From Trichinella spiralis (taxonomy: Eukaryota): a DNA stretch of 64,000 nucleotides. The position numbers were made by a program, and so were the translations under genes. This document shows positions 54,252 through 64,000 of the stretch, piece after piece. Within the stretch, counting starts at the first letter, position 1; each line of letters begins with the position of its first letter. The notes below the pieces were generated by a model, which saw only the letters and a list, made by a program, of their open reading frames with translations, was not told the DNA's origin and ran no database searches. The stretch lies in NCBI RefSeq assembly GCF_000181795.1, contig NW_003526943.1, positions 1,793,647 through 1,857,646 of the forward strand, written 5' to 3'.

Positions 54252-55724
54252 TTAATCAACTGAGCAATTTCCATAAATTGGCACTGTATCATTTTCCTTC
54301 TTTGCATCTGCTTCTGCTTGTGGAATACGGTAATCATGGAGGAGATGCGTTTTCGGCGTGAGGCAGATGTCACCAGCTTTAGGATAGGCAGTTGACATGA
54401 AATTTTTACCATTTCGCTGAATGTAATAAGAAACAACTGTCACTTCACAACCTTTATAGTAAAATCTGCATGGTTTCCCTCCCGGACGGAATAAATAGCA
54501 AAGAGTAAATATGGCCATGTCGAATTCTGGGCTAGAACCTAGCAGCATTCCACCAACAGGCTTTGTAACGTTACTCCACTTGAAACTTATTGTTGCGACA
54601 GAATCCTAAACCATAGAATTACATAACAATATGTTTCAATTAAAACATATGAAATATTTGATTCGATTTATAAAGAAAATTTTTCCATAACTTGGCAAAA
54701 GCAAGGTTTACAAATGATCTAGGGAAAATTATTTGTAAAGTGTATTTATTTATTTCATTAATTATTTATTTATGTCATTAATCAGTTAAAACACGCAATA
54801 TGATTTCTAAAAGACGAGAGCGAAAGCATATTCAAATAGGTTTACAAATGCTATCACAAAAAACGAATGTATTTTTGTTGTTCATTTCTCAGGAATTTAA
54901 TATATATATTTCATTGGTATGAAAATGGGCGTCCTACACGATAATGCTTTAATAATTAATTGCCTGCGGTTTATATTAAAATGAAAAAATTACTTGTCTT
55001 TCACTAATAAACCCAATGTAATCTAATTTGCCTTTGGATTCCAGATATGCAAATCGAATCCAATTGTGAAGACCTTTCACTTTTTTTCCTTCTAATTCTC
55101 CAATGAAAACATGCTCAAACGCACTGCTGTCCACTGTTCTTTTTCGTCGAGGAAATGTGGTGAACCACAATTTTTTCAACCATTGCTTGAAAGTTTCCAT
55201 TGAATCAGTTTCAGAACAATCTAAATGATTGGTCGTTATTGTTTAATATTTATTTTAATATTAAAATATATTTTTTAAAAATTTACTTAGTTTTTTCAGG
55301 AACTGATAAGTGACGTTCATAACTTTGGTTTTTATTACTTCTGTCATAAAGTTATCAATTCGTTTTAACTTTCTTGGGCTTTCAATTTCTCGTCGACCAA
55401 TTTGAGGCTCAAACTCCTCCATGAGGTGCAGCAGTGCTAGTACCGTTGGTTTCTTTTGATAACTTTTGCTAACGCACGGTATGAATCTGAACAAGCAGTT
55501 GTCGTATCAGTATTGCTGTTCTGTGTTTGCTTATTTTCTACTTACCTATATTGAGCATTACTCCCTTTCTTGATGTGATCTTGGTAATAAAAAATTGCAT
55601 CATTTGGGCCTGCAGCGTTCTCATCCACCAGTTGCAACGTGTAGGCAATTTCATTGATAGCTTCATCAGGAACGTGCAGGAATCTAGCTGAGACGACATG
55701 GAAGAAAGCAAGCAAAAGCAGCAT
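54252..55724 (-). CDS. ENDOU: EndoU-family endoribonuclease, copy 2, signal peptide
   Basis: MLLLLAFFHVVSA signal-like start; SAFEHVFIGE, GLHNW, KPVGGMLLGSSPEFDMAIFTLCY. Confidence 0.92.
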
Positions 55725-56588
55725 TGTTATTTATAAACGCTGAATCCCTAAAAGCAATTGATTGCTAGAATTTCATTATTTTTATTTATTTTTGTAAATT
55801 TACTAGATATTTTTTAATATTTTAAAGCAAGTGTTTGGTAATATATAAATTTATTTAGAAAAGAATATTTGCATATGTTATTCATGCTCATGATAACTTT
55901 ACATTCGGCAAAATTAAATATCGGATATTTTTTCTTGCAAATCAGTTCAAGAAATGTTAATTTATAAAATAAAATCAATCATAGTTAATGAATTAAAAAG
56001 AATACAAAAGTTTTTGCTTTTTGTTTGCTTGGAAATGATCATTACTATTGATTATATTATTATTACTGTGTACTGAAATTTATAGCAATGGAAATTTTAT
56101 TACATTCGATTTTAATAGAAAAACTGATGCAAATATATTTCATAATAATGGACAGTTTTTTTCAAGTTTTCACTTTGTTTATTGCACTGCATACTTTGTA
56201 TCGTACCTCTCAGAATGTTTGCACATCTATTTATACGTATTTAGACAAAGTATTATGATAAAAATGTAAAAAAAATCAATTTTATTTGTAAAATTGAAAG
56301 TTATAAATCTTTCGAATTTTCAGAAAATGTTAAAAGTAAATGAAATTTATCTCTTTCACCACCACTGATGATGAGGTTGAATGAAATGAAATTGCTTTTT
56401 GTGTACTTGATACAATATTAGGTTTTCTGATATAGAAAGACTAATCAGTAGAAATTTTTGATAAAAAATGTAAAATAAATTAGAACAGGGGTCGCATGAT
56501 TTTTCGAATATAGTGCTTCAACAATGTTTACCTTTGTGCATTTGCAACAATTTATAGACAGGCAATTCAACATAAAATCTACTGCAAA

Positions 56589-59500
56589 ATGAATGTGAAA
56601 CCGGCATGTGAGTTTCCTCTGCTTATATTTTCTACAGCATTTTTCTACAGTTATGCATTCAATTCAGAATGCTTTAAGCAACTAGCTGTTGATCCAACTC
56701 GACAATTGGTGGTTCATCTGTTCGAATGGGGATGGACTGATATTGCAAAAGAATGTAAAAATTATCTTTGGAAAAGTGGAATTGGTGCCGTTCAAGTGTC
56801 ACCACCCAACGAACACATTTTTATTGTAGAAAACAATGATTTACCATGGTGGAGTCGATATCAGCCGATCTCTTATCAATTATACAGTCGAAGTGGTTCT
56901 GAAAAAGAATTTATAAACATGGTTGAAGAATGTAATAAATACGGAATCCGGTATGTATATGCAAATTTAAAATTATTCAAAATAATTTAAATGTATTGCG
57001 AAAAATGAAGTGAAATTTACCTTAAACATATAAACTAAGTATAGATGATGATGACGATGACCATTTCGATAAGTGGTAAATTAGTATTACAGTTTTGCAG
57101 TTGAAGAAAAAGAAGCAATAAATGAAAGCAGTAATTCTAGATATATATTGTAAGTAGAAACTAGATGTTTATCTTAAACCGGAAAAAGCTGAGCTGATTT
57201 TATTAGACAAGAGCATTTATTTTTTGAGGTTAATGATAGCATGCGAGAAAGAATTGATCAACTGTCACAGAATATGATAAAATACAACAGAACACGCTTT
57301 TATGCAAAACAAACAAATTCGGTTTATCAAATAGTTCTGTATATTTGCAATGATTGAATGACAGGTGAAAGTAGTTTTCTGGCGGTGAACATTATATATG
57401 AACACTTCAATGATCTGCTCTCATTTTCAAATGCCAGTTTCCTTTCTGTTTTCTGGAAGAAATTCGGCAAAAATAAAAATGCTTATTTCAATGCTAAGAA
57501 CAAAAAGCAAAAACAATATCATAAAACTGCTTCAACTTTTCCAATTAAAATTTTAATTTGTCATAAATTTAACTCTCTTCAGTTTTTACAAGTAAAATAA
57601 TAAATGTATTGATGAATTAAAGTAGAACGAACGTTTTTTGAATAATTTGACAATTTATACTTGAAAATTGAATTTCAGCAAATGAAAACTGACACTTAAT
57701 TTAATTTTGACTTGTTTACTTCAATTGAAGCTTTTATAACTAATGGGTTGCATAATTTTTCGACTTTTTATAATCCAAAAAATCCAACTTGCATCTTTTT
57801 GAAAATAAAACAATTTAATTGAGTTAATAATTTCAAATATCTGTTTATTAGATGAACGAGATTTTTTTACTACTTGCCTTTGAATTATAGTTGTCGAAAG
57901 TTTGATTTCACGTTGAAAACGCTCAACAATATTATTTAGCTCGAACAACGTTTGAACTGCAATTTTAGAGGAAATGACAAAAGTCACGATATTACGGAAC
58001 TTTTTATTTTTTTGTTCTTCATTTTCACCTATTTACTATTCCGACCTGTTCTGTCTTGTCAGTTGAAGCAAGCGAAGCGTTTTGTGAAGCTTTTCAAATG
58101 GAACAATTTTTAAATTGCTACACCCAACGAATGTACAGTCATTGCTTGTTTGGAAATTTTCTCTTTTTCTTACTGTTTCAGTTTAATCATTATTGTTTAA
58201 ATTTCAAATATTTCATCCAAAATCCAATTTCAAAAAAAAAACAATACTTCAAATTTATAAATTTGACACCCACACCCACACATATATATATGATACATAC
58301 ATGGTAAATAATGCGGAAATGAAGAAAAGCATTATTTTTCGTCGTCAAGCTCTTTCGTCAAAATATAAGAAACAAAAATCAGTACAACAATTTTCGTACA
58401 TTTGCAAAGCATTGAATATATTTCAGAATTATAGCCGACATAGTGATCAATCACATGGTGGGTGCAAATATGGAAGGTTACGGTTGGCATGGTTCTTATT
58501 TCAAATCAACACCATTTGAAGAATATTTCCCATCTGTGCCATACAACGAGACCGATTTCCATGACAAAATTTGCGATAGAAACATTGAAGATTATGGAAA
58601 TCGCTGGCAAGTGCGTAACTGTCGTCTGGTGAACTTGGTCGATTTGGATCATTCCAATCCAAACGTCCAAGCTTCCATTGTTGCTTACATGAATCGTCTG
58701 ATTGACATCGGCGTCGCTGGATTCCGCATTGACGCCGCCAAGCACATGTGGCCAGATATGTTGAGAAAAATTATCTACCAACTGAAACCTCTGAATTCTG
58801 CATATTTTCCAAGAAGTACCAACAACATCACACCCAGTTGTATTGTAACGGTTTTGTTGTAAATTGAAATTTCTTCAGATCAGTGTCCATTCATTTTTAA
58901 TGAAGTGATCGATCAAGGCGGTGAACCAATCAAAGCCGAAGAATACTTGGATATTGGTCGTGTGACCAATTTCAAATACGGTCTCGACTTGTCAGCAGCT
59001 GTGAAGAGGAGGAAAAATTTCAAATATTTGATCAACTTTGGTGAAGCTTGGAATTATTTTCCCAGCAACGGCGCTTTGGTATTCGTAGATAATCATGATA
59101 ATCAGCGTGGACACGGAGGAGGAGGATCAGTCTTAACATTCAAGGATGGAAATGCGTACAAAATGGCCGTGCACTTCATGCTTGCCTGGTCCTATGGATT
59201 GCCAAGATTGATGTCCAGTTATTATTTCAATACTGCGAACCAAGTAAGCAATAAATTACAACAGCGAAACAACTGCAGTTGAAATTGAATACAATTTTGC
59301 CTTTCATCAAAGGGTCCACCATCAACTGGCTTTCCCTTTTTTAATACAACAAGTCCAATGTTTGATCGCAATGGAAAATGCATCCCATCAACCGGTTGGA
59401 CGTGTGAACACAGATGGCCTTCATTTTATCAAATGAGTCTATTCCACCAGAATACCAGCAACAAAGCAATTTGGAATACTGTAGTCGATGAGCATCGAAT

Positions 59501-60465
59501 TGCTTTTTCCAAAGGAAACAGTGGATTCTTCGCTTTGAACAATCATCCAACCGAGAATTGGATTCTCCACGTCAACACCGGACTTCACCCAGGTTATTAC
59601 TGTGATCACATCACAGGAAATTTAAATGTTAAAAGAAACAGCTGTTCTGGAAAAACAGTTTTTGTAAATCCAAATGGTTGGATAGACTTGCTTGTAAGAG
59701 CTGAGGAAACATTAGCCATCAGTTCGAAAAATGCTCTGTCCAAATTTAAACCATCTTACAGACGAACATTGGTATTTGTCAAAAAAAAGACCCAAATTGG
59801 AGAATATCTATTCATGAGAGGTAGAAGACCATCGTCCGATTCAAGTAAGTAAGAGAAAAAAGAAGTCAAATTTTAATTTATAATAAGAGGATGAAAACAA
59901 TATTTCAGCACGCCTGCAGAATCAGTGGAAAAATAAATATACCATACCAATAGTACATGTTGCAGACTATGATCCAAGTTTCACGGACTATCACCAGTGG
60001 AAGCAACATGATAATATGCTTCAGTGGTCATTGTCAAGTTCAAAAATAGCATTAAAAGAAAAAAGTTAGTCAATTAAAATTCTTTAAAACTAAAATGAGA
60101 ACAACTACTACAGTTGTTATTTTTCAGAACCAACAGTTGAAAACTTATTCAAAATGGGAAGCCCGTTAATTTGGACTACTGATAATAAGCATAGCAACGC
60201 TTACAACATTCACAACAGATACGGAGCACATTATTGGATGTTGGACGTGATGATGGATTGCTCCAAAACTGAAAATGATTGGTTTGAATTTCATATAGTC
60301 AAGCAGGATGGTGAAATGGAAAAAATTATCAATATCAAGCAGTGCGAAAATGCTTATCTTTTATTACTGGGAAAAAAAATTAAACACCACCTCGCTCGCT
60401 GCGGTTATGTAAATATTGTTGAATATGGTATGCAGAACTGCACAATTGATCTTGAGAAAATTTAA
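56589..60465 (+). CDS. Secreted animal-type alpha-amylase (GH13) with extended C-terminal domain, multi-exon
   Basis: VHLFEW, VQVSPPNE, WWSRYQPISY, VINHM, GFRIDAAKHM (nucleophile D), FNEVID (acid/base E), FVDNHDNQRGHG, GLPRLMSSY, CEHRW. Confidence 0.96.
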
Positions 60466-60682
60466 TTTCCTTACAGAAATATTAAACAAGCATGTTTTTT
60501 ACAATTGCATAATAAATTTCCAGTAAAAAATGAAAGAAAAAACTCGAATCGCAAATTCAGAAATGCATATATAAATCGAATCTTTTGCTCAAATGTGAAA
60601 CCTGTAGTATCAATTATTTAAATTCATTGCATCAAGCAAATGACTGCAATTATCTTCAATCAAATTATAGAGGCTTTTGAAA

Positions 60683-61616
60683 TCAAGATGATGAAGTGGT
60701 ATTTGTTACTAAAAATCAATAATTAATAAATAATTTAAACAATAAATAAAAATAAATGCTTTTTACTTTCAGCTTCCAATTCTTTGATTGCTCGATTGCA
60801 TTCTTCAATTTCTTTTTGATGAGATTGTATTCGCGATTGAAGAGACATCACATATGCAGCAGCGCAATTTAAAATAGTCGCTCGAGATGACTAAAAAAGT
60901 TCCTAAGTGTAAATAATAAGAACAACAAATCATTTTAAAATAAAAATATACAGATATTTTAAAAAATATTCAAGTATACTGATCAAGTAATAATATCATC
61001 ACTGAAAAATACAAAATATAACATATGCATGTACTTTCGAATCTAATTTCATTGGCAACGCTTCCCTCAGCAACGTGAATGCCTCTTTGATTTGATTGCG
61101 CCTAGACCTTTCTAGAGCATTATGCAAAGCTCGCCGAGTTGCGGAATTTTCCGCATCGTTGTTTGTTGAATTACTGCTGTCCAACGAACAATTTCCTTCT
61201 TCTACATCTATTCGACAAGACTTGGAACTAGATGAGCGATTACTCCTATAATGAAACGAATTAAATTAAGACAGATAATTAAAGGAAACATGTTTCAAAA
61301 GCCTCAAAGTATAAAAAGAATTATTACAAATAACGCAGACTGTCAGTAACTATATATTTATCAATTAATGACGTTTGTGTCTACCTTTAAAAACACGTAA
61401 TGAAGTTGCTCAAAGACGTTAAAAATGTAAAACCAGTCAGGATGATAGTAAATTCAAATTAAATTTAAAAAAATACAACTCAAAAAAGATATACTTCCAA
61501 ATGTGCTTTTAAACAAAGCTTACTGATGTGGATATTTCATCTCACTGCTGTTGTGTTCACCGGAAAAACTCGCCAACTCTTCAATCAAGCAAGCGGAGGT
61601 GGATGATTCACGTAAC
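60683..61616 (-). CDS. Max-like bHLH-leucine zipper transcription factor (5' end not resolved)
   Basis: RRALHNALERSRRNQIKEAFTLLREALP...SK / SSRATILNCAAAYVMSLQSRIQSHQKEIEECNRAIKELE: Max-type basic region, HLH and zipper. A candidate upstream exon lies at ~61522-61616. Confidence 0.8.
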
Positions 61617-64000
61617 TAGAACATCTGTGTACATTCGTAAAATGATGCCTGTATATTCATAAAATATACGAAAAATAAAAACTGATTCCACACTAATAAA
61701 ACATTCTATATGCAACAATATATTTTATCATAAATAAATACATTCCTTTTATTAAATTTATATTCGTATGTAAAAGAAATTAGAAAATTATCTAACCATT
61801 GTGAAAGTACTTGTAACAATGTATCATCAAAACCTATCAGATGTAGATATAATAAAAAATTAAAAATTATCAACTTCATTAAAATCAAGTGCTACAAATT
61901 CTAAGCACAATAAGCTAAATAATCCTCGCTACTGCAGAAGCAGTGAAGACAGAAATATTCACTTTGGTAATACAAAACTGATAATCAAGTAAAATATTTA
62001 TAAAAATATTTGCACTAAAATAAACATCCAGAAACTGGATTTTGTACGCATGAATTTTAATATCGAAGCTGTTTTAATGTAAAATTATATTTAATTCTTA
62101 TGATAAATAACATGAGTTGTATTTTGAAAAATGTCATTCATGTCGGAAAGAACGATAAAATGTACGTATCATAGCCTCTAATCTTCATAACAACAACATG
62201 ACTTGTTAATTGAAAATCATTTAAAATACTCTTCTTTAAAATGAAGCAATGAAAGAAGAGATATAAAAGCTGGTATTAAGTTTTAAGTAAAATTAATCAT
62301 GATGAAAGTGTGATAAAATGTTTAGAAATTAAAAGGCATTTATTTGAAACAGTGACATACATAACAGACATTATTTTATAATAAAGTAAAATAATTTATT
62401 GGCCATGTCTGTATTTTATGAGAAGAGAATTAATTATCAGTAGTTATTAATCAAATCAAAGTTGTAATGAAAAATTCACTGACAATTATGATTTACATGT
62501 GCAAAAATTTTAATGTACCATAAGCAATAAAATATACTATTTATATTGGTTATTATAAATACATTTTACAAAGATATTTTCACACCAATGGCTTGTCTAA
62601 ATTTAATTAAATATGGTTCTGGTTATCATTCAGTAAAACAATTATTTATAAAATTTGAATAAAGTGAAAACGTTTTCTTATTTTCTATGCCCATCAATTT
62701 TTAAATTAAATTTACGAAACTCTGAACATTAATTTTGAATTGTCCTTTAAAGGAAATAAGGAAATATCATGCTGGCGAACAACCTGTGCATTAGCAAAAT
62801 TTTATTTTGTAAATTTTTTAGAACAAGAATAATGCACCTCTTTAATTTATTTTTAGTAATGCAAAAATGCTAAATGCAAGTTATTAACTGCAATTTATAA
62901 TGTATAACGTTGCCAAATTAAAAACATTTTATGTGAATTTTATTTCAAATATCTTAATTACTGATAAATTTCTGTTTGCAGCAGTTTATCCTCACAGTTT
63001 ATGAATTAGATAATGGAGGTTACATATTTCATAATTAAGATGATTACATATTATCATATAAATTTTATATTTGTGCTAATATTTTACTGTATTTGATGAA
63101 ACTTTAATCACTTTATCCGAATGATTTAAGATTATAGTAATGATTTTAATATAGATAAAAGACTTTTAATAATCTTTATGCTGTTAGAAGTTCATTGCAT
63201 ATAAAAAAATTTATGCGAAATATTAAAATGATTAAAGGTCTTAAACCTGTTTTTCTTTCATTTACAGCACAACACAAAATAAAGAATTAATACCATTCAG
63301 TTTTGAAACTATACCAATTGTAAAATGTAAATGAGTTTCGTTAAATGAAGTTTCAAAATTTTCAATATATGAAACAGTTCATAAGTACTGAAAGGAACAG
63401 TAGCGCTGTTGCAAGATGTATGTTGAATTTCTTATGCTTATGTTCAAAAAAACTGCAACGTAGATCAACTTTAAAATTTTAATTATAAAGTACATTATGA
63501 ATGTATATAAAATTACAGCTAGGATAAATTTTAAGTTTGTTCGTATATAAGTAGTAATGAAGCTTTATTTTTGGTGAATAATTGTTGCATTTTAAATATT
63601 AAATTTCAAAAATTAAAGTAGTTGAATTTGAACTGAAAACTGAAGCAGTTTAAAACAAAATTGAAACATAAAAGGCGCTTTTTTCTTAAATTTTGAAATA
63701 AAATATGAAAAATAATCTAGTGTTTCAGTTAGTATAATATTTGATTAATTAATAAAAATTATAATAGCACAAAACAACGATTCTGTTTATATTAGAACTC
63801 CTTTAATTAGATACTGTTCCACATATAGTAATCTTGAAATGTTTAAGTTTATATGAGACAGATTTAATTTACGCTTCTTGTATTTCAAAAGCGTATATTA
63901 ATTCTTTTCATATATAGAAGTTGTAATTGTTTAATAAATGCGTTATTGGAGCGAAATGTTCGTATCTGGTCGTTAAGACGACCAGACAAGAGGCGGAAGT

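Noticed and set aside
61700..64000. Terminal AT-rich region
   Set aside because: No supportable feature; it may contain upstream exons of the Max-like gene.

Overview
AT-rich, gene-dense eukaryotic genomic DNA with many short spliceosomal introns. Gene content and composition suggest a nematode, probably Trichinella-like (inference only). Genes from left to right: tetraspanin (-); a CCDC186/CCCP-1-like golgin (-) whose ~7.6-kb intron holds an intronless antisense 863-aa gene; an orphan gene (-); eIF3k (-); an ankyrin + GH20 hexosaminidase-like fusion apparently lacking the catalytic Asp-Glu pair (-); a 7TM receptor (-); eIF2-gamma (-), divergent from the MTR4 helicase (+); an orphan and a long coiled-coil gene (-); two tandem EndoU ribonucleases with signal peptides (-); an alpha-amylase with an extra C-terminal domain (+); and a Max-like bHLH-Zip gene (-). 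Decayed Tigger/pogo, Buster-type hAT, Ty1/copia and LTR-like relics lie between the genes. The best candidate for a novel system is the nested 863-aa gene: it has CXC-like Cys clusters plus an AID/APOBEC-like deaminase domain (HVE...SPC-x20-C, followed by an APOBEC-type C-terminal motif). Exon boundaries and family calls were made by eye, with no database searches.
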